64,000 nucleotides of DNA. Origin: Candidatus Poribacteria bacterium. GTDB taxonomy: Bacteria > Poribacteria > WGA-4E > WGA-3G. The position numbers and the translations under genes are program-made. The stretch lies in contig OY282374.1 of the NCBI GenBank assembly GCA_958295815.1, positions 311,416 through 375,415 on the forward strand, given 5' to 3'. The notes beneath the pieces were generated by a model. The model had not been told where the DNA came from. It did not search any database and saw only the letters and a list, made by a program, of their open reading frames with translations. Shown here in pieces: positions 9,584 to 19,095 of the stretch. Within the stretch, counting starts at the first letter, position 1. Every line of letters begins with the position of its first letter.

Positions 9584-10381
9584 CTATTCGTCATCTGTTG
9601 TTTGTTGATCAGTATCATAATTATGTGAGGGGGTTAATTCACGTATTTTCGCATCGACCTGTTTGGCAAAGGTGAGACTTTCGTCGAGTTCCGCGCGGAG
9701 GCGCGTCAGTGCTGTCTCATCGCTGTCAGGATTGAGCGTTAATATCCGGGCATAGAGGTGGGAAAGTTGAATAATCGTTTGATGAACCTCTTCAATTTGT
9801 TGTTCACGGTGTTGTTGAAGCACACTTTTAACTGTTGCTAATTGCGTATCACTTGATTTTTGATGCATTTTAAGTGTGTCTTTCAAACATTGGACGGCTT
9901 GTGTGAAGAGTTCAGAAACTTTGTCAGTAATATCTGCCCTGACACTCATCGGGAGAGTTCCGAGCCAGCCATCGCCACCTGCTTCTTCCTGGAAGGACTG
10001 GTGTAAAGCGCGGAGTTCTTCAAGCATCGTTTCTGTTCGGGCATCTCCATCAGCTTCAAGGGCTTCATGTAAGCCGTTGAGTTCCGCTTCCTGTTTTTGT
10101 TGGACTTCCTGAAGAATCTCATTGTGAACCTGTTTGGCTATATCTTCTGTACCGGTTGCCCATTTACTAATCAACGTCCCAATAGGCACCAAGATGCTAA
10201 GAATCGCACTGCCGAATAGATACAAAATCTTTGGTTCTAAGTTGAATACCCAAGATGCAAAAGCAACGGAACCTCCCGCGGCAAAGGGGAGGAGAACGTA
10301 AGGATTTCCGAGAAGATGAAGTAGGAATTTCCTCCGAAACAATCTCCGATCCATCAATTTCTTCACCACGTTAACTGTCAA
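9584..10381 (-). CDS. Membrane-anchored coiled-coil protein
   Basis: 265-aa ORF with two N-terminal hydrophobic helices (LLPFAAGGSVAFASWVF; ILYLFGSAILSILVPIGTLI). The rest is an E/Q/L-rich helical region. Confidence 0.5.
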   Translation of the reverse strand: MTVNVVKKLMDRRLFRRKFLLHLLGNPYVLLPFAAGGSVAFASWVFNLEPKILYLFGSAILSILVPIGTLISKWATGTEDIAKQVHNEILQEVQQKQEAELNGLHEALEADGDARTETMLEELRALHQSFQEEAGGDGWLGTLPMSVRADITDKVSELFTQAVQCLKDTLKMHQKSSDTQLATVKSVLQQHREQQIEEVHQTIIQLSHLYARILTLNPDSDETALTRLRAELDESLTFAKQVDAKIRELTPSHNYDTDQQTTDDE

Positions 10382-10441
10382 TAGGAAACACTTTTCTTAC
10401 TATTAAATGAGGAAAGCATGGGTTGTGGGTCAAAACCATTT

Positions 10442-12037
10442 CTAATAGGGTTTGCCGAGAAGCTCAAATGTAACGCTTTGTGCTGCCCCGCCACGCATTT
10501 TGGTGGAGGTCTGATTGCTTGCAATGGCACGAATGCGGTGGCTTGCAATACCAAAATTTCTCAGGGCTGCTGCTGCTGCTTCGGCACGTTGTAAAGCGAG
10601 AATGCGATTCGCTGCCGGATCTCCCTCCTGACGCGTATGTCCTACGACTCTGAGATAGTACTGTGGGAACGATTTCAAATTTGCAGCGAGTTCTTTCAGC
10701 GCACGTTCACTATTTCGGAGAATTCGGGCATTCCCGCGTCCGAATTGGATCGGTTCTACTTTCATCGCAGCAACAGGCGCAAGCGTAGACCAGTTTGCAT
10801 CAGAAAGTGGATTTAGAGACTCCTCTTCACGAACCTGTTCCATGGGTGTTGATCCAACGAAGATGTCATCTAATCCGTCCGTACCGCTTGCGTTCAACAT
10901 ACCAGGGTGAAATTTATCATGATGAAGTGCCCGCAGAATACCTTCAAAGAATAACTGCTCGTAATTTCCAGACACTGGATCAGCTTGGATTGAATTCGTC
11001 TGCACCAGCACCTGCGCAATCTTAGCAATCATCGCTTCGAGTCTCTCGGTCCCTTTCGCTTCCCCTGTGGAAATGATACCGAAATGCGCGTAATTCTCAG
11101 TCGTGTTTCGCCATTCAATGCCCTGAACCAATTTATTCGTCTCGTTTCGGTTAAGTGAATCACCATACTGCTTTGCGTCCGCTTGAATTAAGGAGGCTAA
11201 CCCATCGGGTTGGTTATTGTAATCGTAGTTCGCTCGGAGATACGCTTGGACAACGTGTGTGACAAGTTCACGTTGTGAATCCAAAAATTCGCGCTGAACG
11301 ACTAATACATCAACAATATAACCTTTCAGTTTTGAACTGTCTAATAGCAGATGCACTCCTTCAATAGCGAGAGCTTTTGTTACGTAAGGTTCCCAGATGA
11401 CATAGGCGTACGGATCATCGGGGTCAGCGGACTTCAGTTTCTTATACGCATCTTCAGCACCGTTTGTTTCAACTGCCCACGAAGACGGAAGACTCGGAAG
11501 GCTCATCTTGTTAATCATAATTCGGGCGAGCGTTTCACTCGGCGAATCCGGGGTCAGCACGATACGCGCCCGTGGATTACTGAGACTTGGGATTTGTGGA
11601 ACGCCTCGCTTATGGGCAACAATCGCATCTGCCCCTTTAGATTCATCAATCACGAGCACAATTGAACCGGGGAACTCACCGATTACGCTACCTGCCTTGA
11701 GGTAGGCGTCAATAGTAAAAACCGCCATCTGAACCTTACCACTTTTCAGGGCACGGGCTCTCCCTACATAATCGGCTTTATCGTCAATGAACGTCAGTTT
11801 AATCCCTTGACGGTTCAGCAGATTCTGAACAGCAGGAGAACGGAGTATCGCATACCCAGGGAAGGAGTCGTGTGCCACCTTGATGTTATGGGCGTAGCGT
11901 TGGGTACTCGTCTCTTTGACAAGGTTGCCTCGAATCAACGGTTCAACGGCGAACTTATAGACTAACCCAATCACCCCTATGATAACAAGCCAACTTGCTA
12001 CCATGATGATTACGCGTTTTTTCTTGTCTGCGTCCAT
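10442..12037 (-). CDS. Membrane-anchored periplasmic-binding-protein-like / OmpA-domain fusion protein
   Basis: N-terminal TM (VIIMVASWLVIIGVIGLVY), a central NMT1/SsuA-like type-II binding fold by eye, and a C-terminal OmpA/MotB-like peptidoglycan-binding motif LRVVGHTRQEGDPAANRILALQRAEAAAAAL. Confidence 0.65.
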   Translation of the reverse strand: MDADKKKRVIIMVASWLVIIGVIGLVYKFAVEPLIRGNLVKETSTQRYAHNIKVAHDSFPGYAILRSPAVQNLLNRQGIKLTFIDDKADYVGRARALKSGKVQMAVFTIDAYLKAGSVIGEFPGSIVLVIDESKGADAIVAHKRGVPQIPSLSNPRARIVLTPDSPSETLARIMINKMSLPSLPSSWAVETNGAEDAYKKLKSADPDDPYAYVIWEPYVTKALAIEGVHLLLDSSKLKGYIVDVLVVQREFLDSQRELVTHVVQAYLRANYDYNNQPDGLASLIQADAKQYGDSLNRNETNKLVQGIEWRNTTENYAHFGIISTGEAKGTERLEAMIAKIAQVLVQTNSIQADPVSGNYEQLFFEGILRALHHDKFHPGMLNASGTDGLDDIFVGSTPMEQVREEESLNPLSDANWSTLAPVAAMKVEPIQFGRGNARILRNSERALKELAANLKSFPQYYLRVVGHTRQEGDPAANRILALQRAEAAAAALRNFGIASHRIRAIASNQTSTKMRGGAAQSVTFELLGKPY

Positions 12038-12042
12038 AGTTC

Positions 12043-12972
12043 CTATTTCCTATTTCTCAAAGCCAAGAAACCGATAACGGAAAACACAATCAGGAGTATA
12101 ACGAACCATAGCATGCCACGATTTTCTGTATTCGGTTGTTGCGGTGTCGGAGCCTGTCTCGGTGTTGTTGTTTGCGGCGGTGTTGCTTGCGTAGACTTTA
12201 CAGCGATTGCCGTATTGCGCGGCGGTGTTGTGAGACGTTGAATCAAATCGGTAGCGATTTCCGATGAAAGCGGCGCAATGTATTCAAAGGCATCTTCACC
12301 GCCAACATCCGTACCCGTATCGCCTGTTTCCGCAAGAATCTGCGACACTGCTGCTATTAGTTCCCCTGGGTTATCTGCTTTGCGATAACTATCCACGACC
12401 TTTGCCAACATGTGATCGGTTTTCATGTCAACACCGATTACATCAACGCGAATCTGCCGATTGAGGATTTCCGGTGTATAGTGCTTGACTTTAGCAGCAT
12501 CCGTTGCCTCACCATCTGTTACAATTAACAGGCGGTAGTTCCCGTAGTTGTACTGTTCCTCCCGTTGTCCAAGGAGACGATTTGCCCCGATTCGAATATA
12601 TTTCCCCAGTGGCGTACCGCCGCCGGGTTGTGGTAAATCGATCGCTGCTATCAGTTTTTGAGTGTCCTTGGGACCCAGCGGATACACCCATTCATTTCGG
12701 ATATTGGCACCACTAAACACCAACAGTCCGATCCGCGTGTCATCAGGAACTTTCGCCAGGACTTCTTGGAGTGCCGCCTTTGCTGCTTCCATCTTCGATT
12801 TCGTCCGATCACCACTAAATGTATCCTGCATTGAACCCGAAGCATCGAGAATCACAACAATGTTATCTTTATGGATGTCGTCATCAGCACTGCAAATCTG
12901 GAGACCAAAAATAAGTAGACTTAATAGGAGAGTAAATCGCGTCCCGAACGTGGCAGTTGTAATGCATTTCAT
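12043..12972 (-). CDS. von Willebrand factor type A (VWA) domain protein with C-terminal membrane anchor
   Basis: Signal peptide. MIDAS motif VVILDASGSM, plus LLIVTDGEATD. Pro/Thr/Gln-rich linker followed by a C-terminal TM (LWFVILLIVFSVIGFLAL). Confidence 0.8.
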   Translation of the reverse strand: MKCITTATFGTRFTLLLSLLIFGLQICSADDDIHKDNIVVILDASGSMQDTFSGDRTKSKMEAAKAALQEVLAKVPDDTRIGLLVFSGANIRNEWVYPLGPKDTQKLIAAIDLPQPGGGTPLGKYIRIGANRLLGQREEQYNYGNYRLLIVTDGEATDAAKVKHYTPEILNRQIRVDVIGVDMKTDHMLAKVVDSYRKADNPGELIAAVSQILAETGDTGTDVGGEDAFEYIAPLSSEIATDLIQRLTTPPRNTAIAVKSTQATPPQTTTPRQAPTPQQPNTENRGMLWFVILLIVFSVIGFLALRNRK

Positions 12973-13070
12973 ATAAAACTATCCGTGTCATGAAAACCAT
13001 CAGTAAGGGATTTCGCGCTAACGACACATCTCTTCTGATAGTTAATGGCTAATGGCTGACCACTATTCCG

Positions 13071-14996
13071 CTAAAAATCAAAATCAGAGACTGCAACCGC
13101 TTCCGCTGAAACTTTAATCAGTGCGAATTCAACCCGCCGATTTTCTGCTGCTTCCGTCGGACTGGTTGGTTTGGCAATAACAGGCTCCTTAATGCCCACA
13201 CCTACTGGAACGATCTGGTCTGGATCAATGCGTGCGTTATTGCGATTCGCATAGGCGATAATTGACTGTTTCACCGCTTGCCCACGCTGCTCAGAAAGTT
13301 TGAGTGCAGCCCGCATCACTTGATAAGGACTCTCAATGCTACTACCGTCGTCAAACTTCTTCTCTTGAATCAGTCGAATCAGATTGCCGGTGTCTTCCAA
13401 ACTAAAAGCCTTGCCACCCATAAAGTATTTGTAGTTGCCTCGCGTACCCGTTCGCTTCAAAATACCTGTTTGGAGACCCGTTTTAACTAATACGCTCAGT
13501 GTTCGAGAGGGATCGCTGTGTCCTTTTATCGCGATTGCTGCGTTCCCATATTTTGAAGCTAATTCAACAACTCTGTCAAATTCTTCTCGGTATTGGTTAT
13601 CACTAAACGTGTCTTGGTTCGCCTTAAATTGAATCGTGAACGAGATGAGCGTCTTCTCGTCGAGCACGGCGTCTTCGTTAAACGATTCGATTTCAGCGCG
13701 CACTGTCTCTTTTTTGAAGCGGGTCTGTTTCAATTGCGCAGGAGCTGTCACAGTAGTCGTCAGCAGATTCTTAAAGGTTGACGAATTAAAATCTAAATCC
13801 GACGGAATTAACGCATATCTCTGCCTCGCAAATCCCCAATTCACCGCCATATCCAATCCTGCTTTATTGAAGCCTTCAAAACCAGTAATGGTATTTCTCG
13901 GATCGTTGAAGAAGGATATATTTCCCGGTTGCCCAACGAACGTACAATCTGCTATTAAACCGTGCGCATCCTCTTCAAGGGTCGGTAACACTTCTTTACC
14001 GTAGATGTTTTGCATCGTCGTCAGGAGCTGCGTGTATTTTTCGGATCCGCTCGTTTCATAGGCTTTTTTGAGTGCTACTACCTCTTCGGCACCCTTCAGA
14101 TAGCCAGCGAAGAAGCGTTCAACAAACGGTTTATAAGCGTCATAGAAATCCTTACGACACGCGTAGACATCCGCAATAGAACGCGAGAGCGTCGCAGTAC
14201 TCACAACAACACGCGCACCTTTGACTGTGCCTTCAGCACCCGTACCAGTGTTCTCAGGTCCACCTGTTAAACCAATCATATCAGGCGTTATCACAAAACA
14301 ACCCGCAATAGTTGCGTCGTTTCGGAAACGTTCTGCTGGTCCTTTCGCACCTGTTAATTCGTCTACCCAAACAATTTCCACCGTTGACTTTGAAAGACGA
14401 GCAGTCTTCAACATATCATAGAGCATCCCGACGTGCGGACCACCCTTTTGGATAGCGACCTTTTTGCCCCTGAGGTCAGAAATTTTCCGGATGTTTGAAC
14501 GTCCAACGAAATGATCCCCTGCCGACCAGGTAAGCTGCCCAAAAACGACAGGTTTTGTACGCGCATCTTTTCCTATGACTTCACTTGCCTGTGCTATCAT
14601 TCTAAACGTACCGCGTAGGAACGGGGATTTCCCCGCAAGATAGTCGCGAACCTGTTGCTGAAAATTATCACCGGCGGTCAATTTGATATTCATTCCCAGT
14701 TCTGCCATAATCGTACCAGGACGAGTCGTCAACCCACCATTAGCGTGGAAGAGTGCCGCTTCTCCACCCCATGTGATGTATGGCACTATTAACGGCGTTA
14801 TTGCTGTTACCTCTTGAACCCTAACAGGACCAACTGCATCTGAAAACAGTTCTTGCGCGTTCGCATGTGGGGCAAGAAAGATGAGCAGCATCACGAGACA
14901 AAGCAACGTACATTTTTGGCATAACTCCCAGATTCCCAAAAATCTGTGCTGAAAAGTGGAAAAGTTCTGGCGAACTAACCTAAAATTTCTTTTCAT
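13071..14996 (-). CDS. Periplasmic-binding-protein-like / OmpA-domain fusion protein (second copy of this architecture)
   Basis: 641-aa ORF with a signal-like N-terminus ending HANAQ, a binding-protein-like core, and a C-terminal OmpA-like region (IAIKGHSDPS ... AENRRVEFALIKV). Confidence 0.65.
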   Translation of the reverse strand: MKRNFRLVRQNFSTFQHRFLGIWELCQKCTLLCLVMLLIFLAPHANAQELFSDAVGPVRVQEVTAITPLIVPYITWGGEAALFHANGGLTTRPGTIMAELGMNIKLTAGDNFQQQVRDYLAGKSPFLRGTFRMIAQASEVIGKDARTKPVVFGQLTWSAGDHFVGRSNIRKISDLRGKKVAIQKGGPHVGMLYDMLKTARLSKSTVEIVWVDELTGAKGPAERFRNDATIAGCFVITPDMIGLTGGPENTGTGAEGTVKGARVVVSTATLSRSIADVYACRKDFYDAYKPFVERFFAGYLKGAEEVVALKKAYETSGSEKYTQLLTTMQNIYGKEVLPTLEEDAHGLIADCTFVGQPGNISFFNDPRNTITGFEGFNKAGLDMAVNWGFARQRYALIPSDLDFNSSTFKNLLTTTVTAPAQLKQTRFKKETVRAEIESFNEDAVLDEKTLISFTIQFKANQDTFSDNQYREEFDRVVELASKYGNAAIAIKGHSDPSRTLSVLVKTGLQTGILKRTGTRGNYKYFMGGKAFSLEDTGNLIRLIQEKKFDDGSSIESPYQVMRAALKLSEQRGQAVKQSIIAYANRNNARIDPDQIVPVGVGIKEPVIAKPTSPTEAAENRRVEFALIKVSAEAVAVSDFDF

Positions 14997-15140
14997 AGTT
15001 TTCCTCTCGTTCGTTTTTATAGTGGATTTCGCAGTTACCTATACACTATGAACCGGCGAGCTTAAAAAACCTCGACTACCGAGTGGCGGTGCATTTTCGC
15101 GTCTGCAAGTTAACAGTAAAAATCAATAGCCTCGTTATAT

Positions 15141-16109
15141 TTACCGCGTCAACGCGTACCCAACAACATTCATGCCCTGTTCGAATGCCCACATCCGTTG
15201 CTCTTCACCATCAGGTTCACAAACTCTACCTTCCCACGCACAATTCAGATCGCTCGGACAGAAATAGATAATCACGCGGTCGTCATCCATAATTGCTTCG
15301 TCGTAATCGGAGATGCCTGCGAGGCGTTTATCGCCGCCGAGATATTCATCATGCTTATAGAGCGTGTGATAAATCGGATGACTCATTTCCAACCGTTCAC
15401 GCTTCTTTTCTGGATAGACCTGCCGCATCATCTCATAAATATACGGACGCAAGCCACCGCGTCCACCGTTGAGGCGTGCATCACAATCTTCGACGTGGAG
15501 AAAACCACCACGTTCGAAATAGTCCCTTAACTTTCGTACCTGTTCTGTAGAAAAGTTAATCCCCCTATGTCCTGTCATGTATAGGAATGGATAGGCGAAT
15601 AACCCTTCATCGTCAATGTCAACGTATTGTGGATTCTCACGCACCTCAACATCAATTGTTGTGTTTGCAGCGAGGACCTGTGTGAACTTCAAATCCGATT
15701 GCCAACGATAGTAGTTGACAATATTTGTGTACCAATCACCACCGGGGTACTTGAGACGCACAAACGTGAATTTCTCACCTGTCGGATTCATTTCAGGATA
15801 GTGGTGTTCAATCACCCCATATCGCGTACCGTAATGAACATCTTCGGCTGCGTCATAAGGAATATATTCTCGGAAACCCCACTGTGCCTGTGCAGGCAGT
15901 ATTAATCCACCCGCCGCAAGCGCAGAGGCAGCAAGCCCAACGGAGCCCTTCAAAAAGGAACGTCGCGACAGTGAAGCCTGTTTCGATTCTCTGCTGGATA
16001 TAAGTTTTAGATGTTTGTTATCCAGTTTTTTCTTAACTTGGGGGTGTTTGCTATTATACAACATGGCTTGTTTCACCTCTTGTTCTGACCTATTTTTCTC
16101 GCAGTCCAT
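15141..16109 (-). CDS. DUF4159-like protein with twin-arginine signal
   Basis: Tat motif SRRSFLKGSVGLAASALAAGG. The core LYMTGHRGINFSTEQVRKLRDYFERGGFLHVEDC resembles DUF4159 family proteins. The true start may be an internal Met. Confidence 0.6.
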   Translation of the reverse strand: MDCEKNRSEQEVKQAMLYNSKHPQVKKKLDNKHLKLISSRESKQASLSRRSFLKGSVGLAASALAAGGLILPAQAQWGFREYIPYDAAEDVHYGTRYGVIEHHYPEMNPTGEKFTFVRLKYPGGDWYTNIVNYYRWQSDLKFTQVLAANTTIDVEVRENPQYVDIDDEGLFAYPFLYMTGHRGINFSTEQVRKLRDYFERGGFLHVEDCDARLNGGRGGLRPYIYEMMRQVYPEKKRERLEMSHPIYHTLYKHDEYLGGDKRLAGISDYDEAIMDDDRVIIYFCPSDLNCAWEGRVCEPDGEEQRMWAFEQGMNVVGYALTR

Positions 16110-16139
16110 CGTGAATAGAGATGGCGTTTTGGATTTTCC

Positions 16140-16580
16140 TCAATTTTTCTGATCGATCTCTTTAACAATCATATTGATACTTGGCATTGGTCGTCTATGC
16201 CGGTCTACGGAATAGTCACCCGCAAGCGGTTTACATTGTGAGAGAAATTTGGAGAAGCCAGTGGGCCCCAGTTCATCTTTAAGGGACTTGATTCCAAGTT
16301 CGTAGACTTCAAGATCTGTCATCTTTTGGATGTTTATTTCACAAGAATCAACTTTCCATGCTTTCGCAGATGGCTGTTCTGCTGCCTGAGCGCGTTGAAT
16401 TTCCTTAACAATCGTATCCATGTCTGGTTGCGGGAGTTTATCTCGATCTACAGAGTAATTACCTATGCCCGGATCTCCTTGCCAAAAAAAACGCATCATT
16501 CCAGCAGGACCGAGTTTATCAATAAGTAGTTCAATGCCGCGTTCGTAGATTTCAAGATCTGTCATTTTGCAAGCGTCCAT
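16140..16580 (-). CDS. Small protein made of two tandem ~65-aa repeats
   Basis: MTDLEIYERGIELLIDKLGPAGMMRFF..GNYSVDRDKLPQPDMDTIVKEIQ is repeated as MTDLEVYELGIKSLKDELGPTGFSKFL..GDYSVDRHRRPMPSINMIVKEID. Confidence 0.5.
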   Translation of the reverse strand: MDACKMTDLEIYERGIELLIDKLGPAGMMRFFWQGDPGIGNYSVDRDKLPQPDMDTIVKEIQRAQAAEQPSAKAWKVDSCEINIQKMTDLEVYELGIKSLKDELGPTGFSKFLSQCKPLAGDYSVDRHRRPMPSINMIVKEIDQKN

Positions 16581-16586
16581 TTCTAA

Positions 16587-16754
16587 TTACCTCTTGTAAC
16601 CATGTATCTGGATTTTCAACTGACGAAAGGTTTCAAGAATTCTACTAATAGATTCCGTTTCACGTCGAACTCGAATTTGCGTTTGGTCATCAAAAAAACG
16701 GCTCAAGCAGCAGGTGTCAAGATAAATTTTCCAAAATTGAGTATCAGTTTGCAA
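16587..16754 (-). pseudogene. Possible truncated PIN-domain gene (N-terminal ~55 codons only)
   Basis: Hand translation of the minus strand gives (L)QTDTQFWKIYLDTCCLSRFFDDQTQIRVRRETESISRILETFRQLKIQIHGYKR*. The IYLDTC..R.FDDQ.Q.R...E..I pattern resembles the N-termini of a PIN family that is normally ~150 aa. The only in-frame start is TTG. Confidence 0.35.
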
Positions 16755-16846
16755 ATTTTTCGTCTCTAATTCGTTTCTATGAGCTTGAAGAATGTGGTTT
16801 TCTCCTGATACCCGCTAGCAAAATATATTCACTACCCCATTATAAC

Positions 16847-18187
16847 CTAAAACCGAGAAAATATCAAGAGCGCATCCGCAATTGCGCGTCCCTGCTGCCT
16901 CGGCATCGGACGGATTCGGCGATTACCACGACCAGTTTTCGTGCTTCTCTCTGCACCTACCTTTTTCAATTCCGGTTTATCTGCCGACTTCGCACGCGCA
17001 GCGTCTTTCTCCTTAACCTTAACGCTCACAACTTCATCTCGGATAACTAACATTGATGAATTGCCACCATCAAGATTAAGCGCGTCCGTCGCACCCCATT
17101 CCAGAAACAGTTCCGCAAGCCGTGGTAACATAACCCCACGTCTAACGCCTGCCTCTGCTGCCGTTATCGTGACAAAGAGAACGGTACCATCTGCTTTTTT
17201 ACCGATTGCCGTGCGCGGATGCCAAAAACTGTGGAATGCGCGATCAAATCCTTCGCGTTCATACGCCTCTGTAGGCACTGAAGTTCCATCCCGCAATAGC
17301 AACGGACCACCGCCAATAATGTGCACAAAGCTTGCCCACAAATTGCTGTCTCCGACGCGTTCAGGGATAACCATCTCGCGTATCTGCACCGCATCACCTT
17401 CTGAGATATGTGCTAATAAATCTGTACGTTTTTTGCCACTTGCAGACAGGACATAACCGTCAGCTGGGATACGCGAACTCCCCTTCCCATTGCGGATACC
17501 GGTTACTGCCCCGTTTCTCACAACAACTTCCACACCATCGGGCATTGTCAACGTCACAACGTGAAAGTGTGGGCGGTAAATTACCAATTCATCTCTACCG
17601 CGATTGCGGTTCATACCGTCAATTGGCAGCGTTTCTCCACTCGGCAAGACCAATTCCTGCTGCAAGGCGATTCGGTCGATATATGCCTCTATTTTCCCGT
17701 CAACGGTTCGGAATCCGATCACCGCTCTGCCCTGTTCTGGTTCGCTTACCCACTCACCGTCAATTTTCAACGCACCGACAGACTCTCCACGAAGCGTTCC
17801 CACCATCTCAAAGAAACCACCGTTTATTGCGGCAAGTGCCTTGTGCCGCCGAGCAAGCGACACTAACGATTCAGTGCCAATCCCCGCACTCAATGCTCGA
17901 TATGGACGAATATCAACAGCGTCCGGCGACACCGAAAGGATGTTCGTCAGCACACCCTTGTCTAATATCTGCCGATGCGTAATTCCCTGCGCAACCGATT
18001 TCGTCACATCTGTCCGTTCACGATCCACAAAGGAGCGAAAATAATCGGTTATTTTGCTAAACTGAACTGTTTGTCCCAGCCGAATGCCGACGCTGAGGAT
18101 CAGCAGAAAACCAACTATTGTCCACGTGCGTGGATAGCGTCTGATAAAACGGAAGCACCGTCGTCCTAAATAGGTAATATCAAACAT
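16847..18187 (-). CDS. Phosphodiester glycosidase family (DUF2233-like) protein, membrane anchored
   Basis: N-terminal TM (TIVGFLLILSVGI). Motifs AAINGGFF and ATDALNLDGGNSS are typical of the NAGPA-like phosphodiester glycosidase domain. Confidence 0.65.
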   Translation of the reverse strand: MFDITYLGRRCFRFIRRYPRTWTIVGFLLILSVGIRLGQTVQFSKITDYFRSFVDRERTDVTKSVAQGITHRQILDKGVLTNILSVSPDAVDIRPYRALSAGIGTESLVSLARRHKALAAINGGFFEMVGTLRGESVGALKIDGEWVSEPEQGRAVIGFRTVDGKIEAYIDRIALQQELVLPSGETLPIDGMNRNRGRDELVIYRPHFHVVTLTMPDGVEVVVRNGAVTGIRNGKGSSRIPADGYVLSASGKKRTDLLAHISEGDAVQIREMVIPERVGDSNLWASFVHIIGGGPLLLRDGTSVPTEAYEREGFDRAFHSFWHPRTAIGKKADGTVLFVTITAAEAGVRRGVMLPRLAELFLEWGATDALNLDGGNSSMLVIRDEVVSVKVKEKDAARAKSADKPELKKVGAERSTKTGRGNRRIRPMPRQQGRAIADALLIFSRF

Positions 18188-18320
18188 GATTTGAACCTTC
18201 GTCCATTATAGTAAAGTCCGAAAATATGTGGACAGTTGTTCGGTGAATGAAAGCCTCACCGCCGCTGACGAGGTTTGGAACCTCGCCTACCACAAAATCC
18301 AAGTATTTGTATGTTTTACT

Positions 18321-18425
18321 ATAATAACCCAAGTTGCCATCTATGTAATAAGTTGTTTGATATTGGTAGCGATGATAAACAAAAAGAGTTTCAACTCATT
18401 ACTAACTGGTAACTTGGGTTATTTT
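18321..18425. repeat. 105-bp element bounded by inverted AATAACCCAAGTTNCC arms
   Basis: Left arm 18321-18338 is ATAATAACCCAAGTTGCC. The right arm 18408-18425 reverse-complements to AAAATAACCCAAGTTACC. Confidence 0.5.
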
Positions 18426-18537
18426 ACCATAATTTAGGGTTCCAATTCCCAAGAAACTCTTGCCCTTGGTGTTGCTGGGCTTCCATCCCTGCGTCAGTGA
18501 TTGTTTCGTATACTTTGACAGTTCTCGTCCGGGTTCC

Positions 18538-19095
18538 TTAAAACCCACCACCAAACCCATTACCACCACGCCTACGGCCACCGCCAGCCCCACTGTCTCC
18601 ACGCCTGCGGCTACCGCCAAAGGCAGTACCTCCGATTTCAGGCAATTCTAAATGAGGTAGTTTAATACTAGCAAACGCGGCACGCTGTGCGTCGTTAAGC
18701 ACCGCTTGGATTTCAGCAACTAATGTGTTGATCTGATTCATAAACTTGGTTCGTTGTTTATAGAATTCTTGAATTTTGGTTTGAAACTCAGTGCTGCGTG
18801 TTCCGCTTCCTTGTCTATTTCTGCGCATTTCGCCACCACCGAGGCTACCCTTGGTACTTAGCTGATTTCGTCTCCCTTGCATTTCAGACTCAAGCGTTCT
18901 TTTCGCAGATTCGTATTCCTCAATGATTGCTGCAATTTTCTTAACCTTTGGCTTAATCGTTTCGTGTTGTGTTTTGGTGAAGTTAAGTTTCGTTGAAGTC
19001 TCGTTGATATCCAGCAACTTCGTGCTGCTACATCCAGATACGGCAAACACCGTGAGTGTAAAGAGAAGGGTCATGTATAAGGTTCTACATTTCAT
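18538..19095 (-). CDS. Lipoprotein with helical core and Gly/Arg-rich tail
   Basis: Lipobox LTVFAVSGCSS. LNFTKTQ and LNDAQ are reminiscent of LTxxQ (Spy/CpxP-like) repeats, but this is a weak call. C-terminal tail is GGSRRRGDSGAGGGRRRGGNGFGGGF. Confidence 0.5.
   Translation of the reverse strand: MKCRTLYMTLLFTLTVFAVSGCSSTKLLDINETSTKLNFTKTQHETIKPKVKKIAAIIEEYESAKRTLESEMQGRRNQLSTKGSLGGGEMRRNRQGSGTRSTEFQTKIQEFYKQRTKFMNQINTLVAEIQAVLNDAQRAAFASIKLPHLELPEIGGTAFGGSRRRGDSGAGGGRRRGGNGFGGGF

Noticed and set aside
7775-15145. Classical integrative element (prophage or ICE) between the 56-bp direct repeats
   Set aside because: No integrase, transposase, or phage or conjugation gene is recognisable inside. 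I report only the repeat-bracketed structure, not a mobile-element call.
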